Source: Tubiluchus corallicola
Taxonomy: Eukaryota; Animalia; Priapulida
Direction: 5' to 3'
NCBI GenBank assembly: GCA_030141605.1
Contig: JAQGDQ010002393.1
Coordinates: 1 to 64,000 of the forward strand
DNA length: 64,000 bases
A program made the translations under genes and the position numbers. Under the pieces are notes generated by a model. It was not told where the DNA came from, searched no databases, and saw nothing but the letters and a program-made list of their open reading frames with translations. Positions 52,147 to 62,443 of the stretch are shown here, in pieces. Position 1 is the first letter of the stretch. Every line of letters begins with the position of its first letter.

Positions 52147-52815
52147 TGATGTTTGGGGTGTTTTGTATTTATATTAATTGCAAATATAGAATTTTATTTT
52201 GTTAATAGTTTTTCGAGCAAGTAGGGTATTCTTTTTTTCCTTAGTACATTTTAATTAGGTTTGCAGCCTGATTTCCTTTTCTATACTTATGTCTTTACAT
52301 TTTCTTTTGATAACTTAATTATGCAAATTTGCACTTTGTTGATTTACAATTACGTTGATGCTTGTAAGCAATTCTGCTGCTTTTATTTCTTATGCTTTTT
52401 TACTGTCTTTAAGCATTGGAAGGGCAAAGGGTATCAAGTCGTTAAGAAGCAATATATTTAGTACTTGTAAAACATATACTCTTACGATGAGATACTCGTC
52501 TTGTAAGGTGTGACCACAATTGAAAAATAAGTACTGTTTATATAGTTTTTAAGATACTTTAATCGGGTATATGGTTTGGCACACAGACCATAGGTGTTTT
52601 TTTCTAACAATGCATAAGTATGTGGATGATGACAATCTGTACAAGCAACATTTGTGTGATGTATTTTACTTTGCAGAAACGAACCACAAAGCTATGCTTC
52701 AGAAAGTATTTGCCCATATATTAGTTTGTGATTTTTTGCATAAACAGCAATTTTATCTAAATTTGTAAAATCATTACTTAACCGAAAAAGAAATGTTATA
52801 TCTATTTAGATTCCT

Positions 52816-52955
52816 ATGGTAAATAAACTTAGACATCTTACTAAAAAATTTCGAAAACTGTTTTATAAAAGAAAACCTAAAGCTTATAACTTCGATACTG
52901 CAAAGTCTATAGGTATCGTAGCGAATGTTGAAACATCAGAAGATATAGTTGTTGT
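52816..52955 (+). CDS. Partial hypothetical protein truncated by gap
   Basis: MVNKLR...AKSIGIV; runs into Ns; resembles the gene usually found before dapA in Bacteroidota. Confidence 0.55.
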
Positions 52956-53927
52956 NNNNNNNNNNNNNNNNNNNNNNNNNNNNNNNNNNNNNNNNNNNNN
53001 NNNNNNNNNNNNNNNNNNNNNNNNNNNNNNNNNNNNNNNNNNNNNNNNNNNNNNNNNNNNNNNNNNNNNNNNNNNNNNNNNNNNNNNNNNNNNNNNNNNN
53101 NNNNNNNNNNNNNNNNNNNNNNNNNNNNNNNNNNNNNNNNNNNNNNNNNNNNNNNNNNNNNNNNNNNNNNNNNNNNNNNNNNNNNNNNNNNNNNNNNNNN
53201 NNNNNNNNNNNNNNNNNNNNNNNNNNNNNNNNNNNNNNNNNNNNNNNNNNNNNNNNNNNNNNNNNNNNNNNNNNNNNNNNNNNNNNNNNNNNNNNNNNNN
53301 NNNNNNNNNNNNNNNNNNNNNNNNNNNNNNNNNNNNNNNNNNNNNNNNNNNNNNNNNNNNNNNNNNNNNNNNNNNNNNNNNNNNNNNNNNNNNNNNNNNN
53401 NNNNNNNNNNNNNNNNNNNNNNNNNNNNNNNNNNNNNNNNNNNNNNNNNNNNNNNNNNNNNNNNNNNNNNNNNNNNNNNNNNNNNNNNNNNNNNNNNNNN
53501 NNNNNNNNNNNNNNNNNNNNNNNNNNNNNNNNNNNNNNNNNNNNNNNNNNNNNNNNNNNNNNNNNNNNNNNNNNNNNNNNNNNNNNNNNNNNNNNNNNNN
53601 NNNNNNNNNNNNNNNNNNNNNNNNNNNNNNNNNNNNNNNNNNNNNNNNNNNNNNNNNNNNNNNNNNNNNNNNNNNNNNNNNNNNNNNNNNNNNNNNNNNN
53701 NNNNNNNNNNNNNNNNNNNNNNNNNNNNNNNNNNNNNNNNNNNNNNNNNNNNNNNNNNNNNNNNNNNNNNNNNNNNNNNNNNNNNNNNNNNNNNNNNNNN
53801 NNNNNNNNNNNNNNNNNNNNNNNNNNNNNNNNNNNNNNNNNNNNNNNNNNNNNNNNNNNNNNNNNNNNNNNNNNNNNNNNNNNNNNNNNNNNNNNNNNNN
53901 NNNNNNNNNNNNNNNNNNNNNNNNNNN
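52956..53927. other. Assembly gap (972 N)
   Basis: Run of n. Confidence 1.
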
Positions 53928-53966
53928 GCAATACGTAGCGTGTACTTCGTTCAGTTACGTATTGCT
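53928..53966. other. Oxford Nanopore ligation adapter remnant (artefact)
   Basis: tgtacttcgttcagttacgtattgct matches the ONT adapter top strand; gcaatacgta matches its complement. Confidence 0.92.
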
Positions 53967-53968
53967 CT

Positions 53969-54196
53969 ATGGTAAAATATGCTTTGAATAACGACTATGA
54001 AAAGGCAAGAAAGATTCATTTTCAACTTATAAATATAATAAAGCTGTTATTTGCAGAAGGTAATCCAAGTGGAATAAAAGCCACTTTAAAAGTTCTCAAT
54101 ATTATACAAAACAATTTAAGGTTACCACTTACACCTGTTTCTGAAGAGTGTTTTGCTAAGATAGAAGAAGAAATTAACAAATTAGAAAAAAAGTAG
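53969..54196 (+). CDS. dapA: C-terminal part of 4-hydroxy-tetrahydrodipicolinate synthase
   Basis: LFAEGNPSGIKA...LRLPL; 5' part lies in the gap. Confidence 0.88.
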   Translation: MVKYALNNDYEKARKIHFQLINIIKLLFAEGNPSGIKATLKVLNIIQNNLRLPLTPVSEECFAKIEEEINKLEKK

Positions 54197-54261
54197 TTTA
54201 TTTGACATAAAAAATATATATTAGCATTTTTAAAATGAACTATTAAAAATAACGTAAATAT

Positions 54262-54858
54262 ATGGATACAAGAAATTCTGTCAAAATAATTTGTCTAATT
54301 GTAGCATTAGGGCTAACCTCTGTTACTTGTGCTAGAAAGGTGAAAAGAGTAGAAAGCGATACTCAAATAGACCTTAGTGGTCGGTGGAATTCTACGGATT
54401 CTAAGCTTGTGGCCGAAGAGATGATGAAAGAAGTACTGGAACGTAACTGGATTTCCAATTTTCAAGATGCACACGATGGCAAAAGACCTGTATTGATAGT
54501 AGGATTAGTGCAAAACAAATCGCACGAGCATATTAGTGCCGAAACTTTTATACAAGATATAGAAAGAGCTGTGATCAACGATGGTAGAGCTAGGATAGTG
54601 CAAGCACCAGGCAAAAGGGAACAACTAAGAAAAGAAAGAGCCCAACAAGAAGGCTTTGCCTCAGAAGCAACACAAAAACAATGGGGAAAAGAGTTAGGGG
54701 CTGATTTTATGTTGCAAGGCGACATTAACTCGATAGTAGATACTTATAAAAAGAAAAAAGTAGTTTTCTATAAAATTAACCTCAAACTTGCAGATCTTGA
54801 AACTAATGAAATAGTCTGGATAGGTGATAAGGAAATAATGAAATATATCAAAAGGTAA
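54262..54858 (+). CDS. lpoB: LpoB-family PBP activator lipoprotein
   Basis: Lipobox SVTC, DLSGRW, NKSHEHI, GADFMLQG, EIVW. Confidence 0.85.
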   Translation: MDTRNSVKIICLIVALGLTSVTCARKVKRVESDTQIDLSGRWNSTDSKLVAEEMMKEVLERNWISNFQDAHDGKRPVLIVGLVQNKSHEHISAETFIQDIERAVINDGRARIVQAPGKREQLRKERAQQEGFASEATQKQWGKELGADFMLQGDINSIVDTYKKKKVVFYKINLKLADLETNEIVWIGDKEIMKYIKR

Positions 54859-54960
54859 TTTGTTTTTTTGCTTCCTTTAATGTAGAGACAAAACTGTTCC
54901 AATTTATTAGGAATGCTTCCTTGTCTTTATTTGTTAAATTACTTTAGTTTATTTCGTATT

Positions 54961-56382
54961 ATGAAAAAGCTGCAGAAATATATTTTTCACATACTTATCT
55001 TTTCAATTCTTTTGTTTATAACTGTAACTTGTGCTACTTATTACCAAAAAAATATCAAGTTCAATCAAACGTTCGAAAGAAATGAACTGCAAAAAGCAGC
55101 ACATCTATTAGAGCAAAATGATAAAAAGGTAAAAAATAAAGATAAAATCCTTCAATATTTTAACAAAGGAACTACCTATTATCTATTGCAGGAATATGAA
55201 AAAAGCATAGAGCAGCTAACACAAGCAGATTTTTACATAGAAGACTTTAAAAAAAATATAGGTTCTGAGTTTTTATCTCTTATCAGCAACCCAATGTCTA
55301 AGCCATATAACCCTGAAGATCACGAGAAAGTAATGATACATTACTACCAAGCTTTGAATTATATCTACTTGGGTGAATTAAATAGTGCATTGGTGGAATG
55401 TAGAAGGGTAAATATAAAGCTTAATCAATTAAACGATCAATACAAAGACAAAAAAAACAGATACAGCCAAGATGCTTTTCTTCTTAATCTAATGGGTATT
55501 ATCTATGAAGCCTCAGGTGATGCTAACAACGCTTTCATTTCTTATAGAAATGCTTACGAGTCTTATAAAAAGATATATCTGCCAAATTTTGATTTGCCAG
55601 CACCTCAACAACTTAAAGAAGACTTGCTGCGAACAGCTTATCTAAATGGTTTTAGAGAAGAGTTGAGAAGATATGAAGCTGAACTTGGTATCAAATATGA
55701 GCATATAGAGGACGATAAAGGTGAGCTTGTTGTTTTTTGGATGAATGGATTATGTCCCATAAAATCAGAATGGTTTATCAATTTTACTACTGTGCAAAAT
55801 AGACCGGGTTGGATTACTTTTTCTAATAAAGAATTAGACCTGCACTTTTCTTTCTTCATTGGCAGCCAAAGTCAAGAAAATCAGGCTGCTATAACCGATT
55901 TGAGTTTGTTTAAAGTGGCATTTCCCAAATATGTAGAGCGTCCTCCTGTATTGAAAACAGCATATATAGAAGCCAATAATGAAAGATATAATTTGCAATT
56001 GGCACAAAACATCAAAGAAATAGCATTTAAAACTTTGAAGGATAGGATGGTAAGAGAATTGGCCAGTTCCCTATTGCGTGTGGCTACTAAAAAAGCAATA
56101 GAAGAAGTAGCAAGGCAGCAAGATGAAGGCCTTGGATTGTTGGTGAACTTGATTAATTATGCTACTGAAAAGGCCGATACACGAAACTGGCAAACATTGC
56201 CGTACTCAATATCATATAGTAGAATACCATTAGATGAGGGAGAACACACATTAAAACTAAAAACAGTGGGCGATAAAGGTTTGGTAAAGGACGAAAATAT
56301 TACAACAAAAATAAATAAGGGAAAAATTACCTTTTATACATCGCATTCTGTTAATTCTGAGCAGATTTATTTTGAAAAATAA
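54961..56382 (+). CDS. COG3014-like TPR lipoprotein
   Basis: Lipobox TVTC, ALVECRR, ADTRNWQTLP; adjacent to lpoB. Confidence 0.8.
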   Translation: MKKLQKYIFHILIFSILLFITVTCATYYQKNIKFNQTFERNELQKAAHLLEQNDKKVKNKDKILQYFNKGTTYYLLQEYEKSIEQLTQADFYIEDFKKNIGSEFLSLISNPMSKPYNPEDHEKVMIHYYQALNYIYLGELNSALVECRRVNIKLNQLNDQYKDKKNRYSQDAFLLNLMGIIYEASGDANNAFISYRNAYESYKKIYLPNFDLPAPQQLKEDLLRTAYLNGFREELRRYEAELGIKYEHIEDDKGELVVFWMNGLCPIKSEWFINFTTVQNRPGWITFSNKELDLHFSFFIGSQSQENQAAITDLSLFKVAFPKYVERPPVLKTAYIEANNERYNLQLAQNIKEIAFKTLKDRMVRELASSLLRVATKKAIEEVARQQDEGLGLLVNLINYATEKADTRNWQTLPYSISYSRIPLDEGEHTLKLKTVGDKGLVKDENITTKINKGKITFYTSHSVNSEQIYFEK

Positions 56383-56477
56383 AAAAATTGATAAAAATTA
56401 GTATAATTAAGTTTTATGTTTTTATATTTGTTCCTTCATTTAATTATTTATTATAATTTTAAAAAAAACGTAAAAAA

Positions 56478-56711
56478 ATGAAAACAAACTTATTAAAAAC
56501 TTTAAGCATTGTTGCAACTGTATTTTTATTTGTTCTTTTTGTGTCTACTTCTTGTGGAAACTGTGGGGAGAAGGGCAATAAAAATAAAACAGAGCAAAAA
56601 TGCGGTGAAGGTAAGTCTACAGAAAAAAAATGTGGTGAGGGTAAATGTGGCGAGGGCAAATGTGGTGAAGGTAAGTGCGGTGAGGGTAAATGTGGTGAGG
56701 GTAAAGAATAA
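56478..56711 (+). CDS. Cys-rich (CGEGK)n peptide, HvfA/bufferin-like RiPP precursor with lipoprotein-type signal
   Basis: Signal ...VSTSC, six CGEGK units with synonymous codon variation, 8 Cys. Confidence 0.82.
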   Translation: MKTNLLKTLSIVATVFLFVLFVSTSCGNCGEKGNKNKTEQKCGEGKSTEKKCGEGKCGEGKCGEGKCGEGKCGEGKE

Positions 56712-56770
56712 AGTGCCAAAGAGAGAATGTGTAGATAAATTTGAAATAAACAGCATATTTGTAGCACTTC

Positions 56771-56809
56771 AAAGCCTGAAAAATAAAAATACTTTTCGGG
56801 CTTTTTTTT
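56771..56809 (+). terminator. Hairpin plus T-tract between peptide gene and DoxX
   Basis: aaagcctgaaaa/ttttcgggcttt followed by a T-run. Confidence 0.65.
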
Positions 56810-56841
56810 AATTAAAATATGAACTAATACCAGTATTTATT

Positions 56842-57267
56842 ATGAAAAAGATTACTCAAAAACTATCTAAATTGGAAAAGTTTAGAGACCTTCCATTATT
56901 GCTAATAAGATTTACATTGGCATATGGTTTTTATTCACCTGCTATAATGAAATGGAAAAACATAGACAATGTGGCCCTATTCTTTAAAGGTATGAACTAT
57001 CCCTTTCCAACCTTGAATGTTTACCTTGTAGCTACTATAGAACTCTTAGGGGTAATACTACTTGCACTTGGAATAGGCACACGTCTTATTTCTATACCAT
57101 TAATGTTTGTAATGCTTGTAGCCATATTTACAGTGCATTTTTCAAAAGGTTTTTCTGTAGGGAACAATGGTTTTGAAACACCTCTTTATTACCTTATAAT
57201 GCTGTTTACATTATTAATATATGGTTCAGGAAAATACAGTTTGGAAAAATTTTTGTGTAAAAAATAA
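56842..57267 (+). CDS. DoxX-family membrane protein (HvfX/BufD-like)
   Basis: LLLIRFTLAYGFY.PA..K, ELLG..LL.LG..TR, VAIFTVH, NGFE.PL, GSGKYSL. Confidence 0.9.
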   Translation: MKKITQKLSKLEKFRDLPLLLIRFTLAYGFYSPAIMKWKNIDNVALFFKGMNYPFPTLNVYLVATIELLGVILLALGIGTRLISIPLMFVMLVAIFTVHFSKGFSVGNNGFETPLYYLIMLFTLLIYGSGKYSLEKFLCKK

Positions 57268-57457
57268 AAAAATACTCTATAAAAATAGGTTATTTGTTCT
57301 AGCTTTCAACTATTGTTCTTATAGCACCTTACAAACACATTCTCTGAAAAGAGCAAATAACCTTCACTGCCAAGTGCTATAATATATTTGTAAATTATAG
57401 TAATTAAGAATATTCCACTAACAAGGATTAGACAGGTATCAGCAATACATTAGACAA

Positions 57458-58054
57458 GTGAACTTCTTAGCACACTTATATTTATCGGGCGATGACGAGA
57501 AAATAATGGTTGGTAATTTTATTGGTGATTTTGTTAAAGGCAATAAGTATGAAAACTACCCAAAAGAAATACAAAAAGGTATATTATTGCACAGGCAGAT
57601 TGATAGTTTTGCAGACCAGCATATAGCGACTAAAAATAGTGCTAGCATTTTGAGAGGAGAGTTTGGTAAATATGCAAACATTATTGTAGATATTTTTTCT
57701 GACCATTTCCTCGCGTCTCAATGGAATGAATATAGCACTATCAATTTGAAAGAATATGCAGATAAAGTGCATAAAATATTACTAAAAAATTTTTGCGAAC
57801 TACCTCTTAAAGTGCAAGGTTTTTTGCCTTTCCTTATCCAACATAGAAGGTTGGAGTCATATGCACATATAAAAGGAATAGGAAAAACACTTGATATAAT
57901 GGGACGACGCACTTCTCTACCTCAAAAATCAGATATAGCAATTAATATCTTGGAAACCTATTATAGGTATTTGAAAAACAACTTTAAAGTTTTCTTTGAA
58001 GATATCATAAATTTTGTAGAAGAAAATTACGAAGTCAAGATTAAAAAGGATTAA
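57458..58054 (+). CDS. acpH: ACP phosphodiesterase
   Basis: MNFLAHLYLS, GNFIGDFVKG, HRQIDSF, DHFLA. Confidence 0.93.
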   Translation: MNFLAHLYLSGDDEKIMVGNFIGDFVKGNKYENYPKEIQKGILLHRQIDSFADQHIATKNSASILRGEFGKYANIIVDIFSDHFLASQWNEYSTINLKEYADKVHKILLKNFCELPLKVQGFLPFLIQHRRLESYAHIKGIGKTLDIMGRRTSLPQKSDIAINILETYYRYLKNNFKVFFEDIINFVEENYEVKIKKD

Positions 58055-58127
58055 GGCTATAAATTTGACAATAATATAGATTATTTTCATAGCTTTGAAC
58101 AGTGTTAGTTGTTTTTATGTAAAAGAT

Positions 58128-61100
58128 ATGATTTCAATTTGTATATATAGATACTGCGTACTTTTACTATTGTTAAACTGTCCTTTCCTGTATTCTCAAC
58201 AGTCTTTACATTTTAAACAGATAAGAAATGAAGATGGACTATCCAATAGTTCTATTATTTATATTTTTCAGGATTCAAAAGGATTTATGTGGATTGGCAC
58301 TTGGGATGGTCTTAATAGGTATGATGGGAAAAAAATTAAAACTTATAAACCTCGCTTCGATTATAATAATATAAGTAGCAATATTATAAGAAAGGTTATT
58401 GAGGATAGAGAGGGCTGGTTGTGGATAGCTACAGACTATGGATTGAATAGATATGATAGAACAAGTGATAAGTTTTTTCAGTATTTTACGGAAGAGAGGG
58501 GAGGAGTATATATTAAAGAACACAGTATTTCTATTGCCAAAGATGGTATGGACAATATTTGGTGCGGTGTTTACAACAGGGGGGTTAGTAAATATTTGCA
58601 AGATAGTGATACTTTTTTGACTTATAATTTATATGATGAGAGGGGAAGAGAGTTGCTGCAAATAACAGATATTTTGTTTGACGATGAAAATTGTTTGTGG
58701 ATATTGGCTGATGAGGGTAGGCTGTATTGCACAAAGATTGATGATGGAACAAAATACTATATGAAAAATGTGGAAATAGGTTATGTTTTTAAATTCTTTT
58801 CTAAGGATGATGCAGGTAATTTGTGGCTTGCAACTACTACCAATGAAATAGTAAGAATTAATACTACTTATAAAACGCATCAATTAATAGCATTAGGAAA
58901 TGATGAGAAGAGACAGTCTATTCAGCTATTAAGTATCAACCCAACAGACAGTAAAATTATAGTTGCTACTAACAAAGGGTTGTATTACTTGAATATTAGC
59001 AAGGATTATTCTCAAAAGCCAAATATAATCTCAACCGCTCTTGAAAACAAAAGAATACTTACAACTTTTAAAGACAATAGTAACATTCTTTGGGTAGGTA
59101 CTGATGGCGATGGTGTTTATCAGCTTTTTGACGATAAGAACAAGTTTGTAACTATTGCACAAGGGGTAAATCAGTTGAATAATAATATTATAAGAGCTAT
59201 TTGGCAGGATGGCGACAATACCTTATGGGTGGGTACACGTGGTGGGGGATTGAATAAAATATCAGTTGTAAATAATTCGGAAAAATATTCATATTATACA
59301 TTTCAAGCAGAGAAAAACAGCATAAGTAATAACACTGTGTTGGCTATAAATAGTATAGATGACAATGAAATATGGTTAGGGCTTGATGAAGAAGGCATAG
59401 ACCTATATAATAAGCAAGAAAATAGATTCTATCATTTTCCTAAAGATTTTGTCAATACAGTGTCGTTACCTTCCTTTAAATATGTGTATGCAATACATAT
59501 AATGCAGAATAATACCATTTGGCTTGGAACAAATAGCTATGGCTTGATAAGGTTAGACATTGAGAAACAAAAAAATGGGTATAAATTAAAAAGTTATCAG
59601 CAATATCTGTTTGATAATACTCCGAATAATCCATCTTCTAATATAATATTCTCTATACTACAAGATACACCTACCTCTTTTTGGATAGGGACACGTGGCG
59701 GAGGATTAAACAAGTTTGATGTTGAAACAAATACTTTTAAATGGTATAAATATCAAAAACACAATCTAAATTCGTTGTCTAATAACGATGTGTTATCATT
59801 GCACAAAACATCCGACAGTATTCTATGGATAGGCACAAGCGGAGGCCTTAATAAAATGACTATTTCTAAAGGAGAAGAGAGGTTTGAACATTTCACAGAG
59901 GAGAGAGGATTTATAAACAATACCATACACGGAATAGTAGAGGATTTGGAAAATAAGCTGTGGCTAAGTACCAATAAAGGTTTAATACAGTTTGACCCTA
60001 CCAACTCTAAATATAAAAACTATACAAAACAAGATGGTTTGCAAAGCAATGAGTTTTCAGACGGAGCTCATTTTATGAACACCGAAACAGGAGAAATATT
60101 TTTTGGTGGGGTAAAAGGGTTTAATAGATTTTTTCCTAATGAAATTAAAGATAATATTTACTTGCCTAATGTAGCTATCACAGGTTTCAAAGTTCAAAAT
60201 ATAGATATAACTGTAAAAGACAATAACGATATTCTTTCAAAGACAATTAACGAAACAGAGGAAATAACCTTAGAGTATTATCAAACATTTTTCAGCTTTG
60301 ATTTTACGGCATTAAATTATAGAAATATAGACAAGTGCTATTATGCTTATAAGTTAGAAAATTTTGACAAAGACTGGATTAATATAGAAAACAGAACTAC
60401 TGCTACTTTTACCAATATACCTTATGGGGAATATGTTTTTAAAGTAAAGTGTTCTAATGAGGACAAAATTTGGAATGATAATTACAAACAGATAAAAATT
60501 GTTATCAAAACGCCTTGGTGGCTCACTGTATGGGCATATTTAGCTTACAGTGGTGCTATCCTTGTTTTAGTAGTGTTTGTATATCGCCTTATTAAAAGAA
60601 GAATACGAGAGCGGCAAGAACTGTTTCAAGAAAAGATGATACGAGAAAAGAACGAAAAAATCCACCAAATGAAATTACATTTTTTCACAAATATTTCCCA
60701 CGAGTTTCGTACACCACTGACTTTAATACTTGGAGCAGTAGAAAAGTTATTGTCTCGTAGCTTCAATGATTTTTTAATTAAAAAAAATGTGAGTGTTATA
60801 CAAAATCATTCTCAAAAACTACTTAAACTTATTCAACAGTTGATGGAATTTAGAAAGGTAGAAACTGAACACTTGCAATTGAAAGTAACAGCTATAAACA
60901 TTGTTGAATTTGCAAAGAATGTAAAACAAACATTTGACAACTATGCAGATGAAAAACACATCCACTATCAGTTTTATAGTTCGCAAAGTAGCATATATGT
61001 ATCGTTTGACCCAGATAAAATAGAAAAAGCACTGTCCAATCTACTATTGAACGCCTTTAAATACACACCTCAATACGGATATATTACATTGTCTGTAATA

Positions 61101-62234
61101 CCCAAAGACAAAATGGTACAAATATCAGTAAAAGATACAGGGAAGGGAATAAGCACAACGGACATAGATAAAATTTTTGATAGATTTTACCATTCAAAGC
61201 AAGCTACACTTCCTTCTTCGGGTATAGGGCTTGCGTTCTCTAAAAAACTTGTAGAACTTCATAAGGGGGAGATATATGTTAAAAGTCAAGAAAAATTAGG
61301 AGCAGAATTTATTATCAAACTGCCTCTTGGAGATGCCCATTTTAGCAGTGAAGAAATAATTGCTGAAAATGGTAGTCGCATTGCTCAAAATATAAGCAAA
61401 GTTGAAAATGCAAAAACAAACAAACTAAAAGAAATAGAAGAACCATTCAATGAGTTTTGCTTACTTATAGTAGAAGACAACACAGAAATAAAAGAAATGT
61501 TGTATGATATTTTTAAGGATGAATACAATATAATGCTGGCAAGTAATGGTAAGGAAGCCTTTGAAAAAATAGAAAAGAAACAACCTAACCTAATTATTAG
61601 CGATATTATGATGCCAGTGATGGATGGAATAAAGTTTTGCAAGAAAATTAAAACGAATTTAAACACCTCTCACCTGCCTGTTATTTTGCTTACAGCTAAA
61701 GAAGATAAAGAACAAGTAATAGAGGGACTTCATATAGGTGCTGACTCTTATATCACTAAGCCATTTAGTATAAATATACTGAAAGCAAAAGTGAAAAATT
61801 TGTTGGAGCAAAGAAAGAATTTACAAAAATACTTTTTAGATGCTGAAAATTATCCAAAATCAAAGCAAACAATTGCAAACAAGCAAGAAGTAGAGTTTTT
61901 AAAAAATGTTATTAAAATATTACAACAACAAATAATCAATCCTAAATTTAAAATAGAACTGTTAGCCAAAGAGTTAAATATAAGTAAGATACAGCTTTAT
62001 AGAAAGATAAAAGCACTTACAGGTAAAACGCCCGTTGAATTTATAAGATACACAAGATTGAAGAGAGCAGCACAATTGCTTTTGCAAGAAAATATGACTG
62101 TCTCAGAAGTAATTTATTCTACAGGCTTTAACAATCGTTCTTACTTCTATAAAGAATTTGTAAAAATGTATGGACTTTCGCCAAAGGAATATATTAGAAA
62201 GCACAATGAAAAGATTCAAAAAATCATAAACTAA
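58128..62234 (+). CDS. Hybrid two-component sensor kinase/response regulator (HTCS)
   Basis: Beta-propeller repeats, Y_Y_Y, TM, SHEFRTPL, HATPase, DIMMP receiver, AraC HTH. Confidence 0.96.
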   Translation: MISICIYRYCVLLLLLNCPFLYSQQSLHFKQIRNEDGLSNSSIIYIFQDSKGFMWIGTWDGLNRYDGKKIKTYKPRFDYNNISSNIIRKVIEDREGWLWIATDYGLNRYDRTSDKFFQYFTEERGGVYIKEHSISIAKDGMDNIWCGVYNRGVSKYLQDSDTFLTYNLYDERGRELLQITDILFDDENCLWILADEGRLYCTKIDDGTKYYMKNVEIGYVFKFFSKDDAGNLWLATTTNEIVRINTTYKTHQLIALGNDEKRQSIQLLSINPTDSKIIVATNKGLYYLNISKDYSQKPNIISTALENKRILTTFKDNSNILWVGTDGDGVYQLFDDKNKFVTIAQGVNQLNNNIIRAIWQDGDNTLWVGTRGGGLNKISVVNNSEKYSYYTFQAEKNSISNNTVLAINSIDDNEIWLGLDEEGIDLYNKQENRFYHFPKDFVNTVSLPSFKYVYAIHIMQNNTIWLGTNSYGLIRLDIEKQKNGYKLKSYQQYLFDNTPNNPSSNIIFSILQDTPTSFWIGTRGGGLNKFDVETNTFKWYKYQKHNLNSLSNNDVLSLHKTSDSILWIGTSGGLNKMTISKGEERFEHFTEERGFINNTIHGIVEDLENKLWLSTNKGLIQFDPTNSKYKNYTKQDGLQSNEFSDGAHFMNTETGEIFFGGVKGFNRFFPNEIKDNIYLPNVAITGFKVQNIDITVKDNNDILSKTINETEEITLEYYQTFFSFDFTALNYRNIDKCYYAYKLENFDKDWINIENRTTATFTNIPYGEYVFKVKCSNEDKIWNDNYKQIKIVIKTPWWLTVWAYLAYSGAILVLVVFVYRLIKRRIRERQELFQEKMIREKNEKIHQMKLHFFTNISHEFRTPLTLILGAVEKLLSRSFNDFLIKKNVSVIQNHSQKLLKLIQQLMEFRKVETEHLQLKVTAINIVEFAKNVKQTFDNYADEKHIHYQFYSSQSSIYVSFDPDKIEKALSNLLLNAFKYTPQYGYITLSVIPKDKMVQISVKDTGKGISTTDIDKIFDRFYHSKQATLPSSGIGLAFSKKLVELHKGEIYVKSQEKLGAEFIIKLPLGDAHFSSEEIIAENGSRIAQNISKVENAKTNKLKEIEEPFNEFCLLIVEDNTEIKEMLYDIFKDEYNIMLASNGKEAFEKIEKKQPNLIISDIMMPVMDGIKFCKKIKTNLNTSHLPVILLTAKEDKEQVIEGLHIGADSYITKPFSINILKAKVKNLLEQRKNLQKYFLDAENYPKSKQTIANKQEVEFLKNVIKILQQQIINPKFKIELLAKELNISKIQLYRKIKALTGKTPVEFIRYTRLKRAAQLLLQENMTVSEVIYSTGFNNRSYFYKEFVKMYGLSPKEYIRKHNEKIQKIIN

Positions 62235-62443
62235 TTAAAAAACTATTCTTGAGCCTATGATTTTTAAATGATAGATGTATAAAAACTGATAAACATTTTA
62301 GATAACTTCTGCTATTTTAAGCCATTGATAAGAGCGTGAAAATATATTGTTTCCTGTGTTCTACTAATTTCAGTTCTAAATTTTAAATAAAATGCTATGG
62401 CAAAAGTATCTATATCTATACTCAAAATATCCTGTTTTCATTT

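Noticed and set aside
53928-53966. Hairpin gcaatacgta...tacgtattgc as a regulatory RNA
   Set aside because: It is sequencing adapter.
52816-53991. Long ORFs spanning the N run
   Set aside because: Artefacts of translating the gap.
56459-56811. Alternative-frame ORFs (PSPHL repeats, VVRVN repeats)
   Set aside because: Variation among repeat units is synonymous in the CGEGK frame, which also has the signal peptide.
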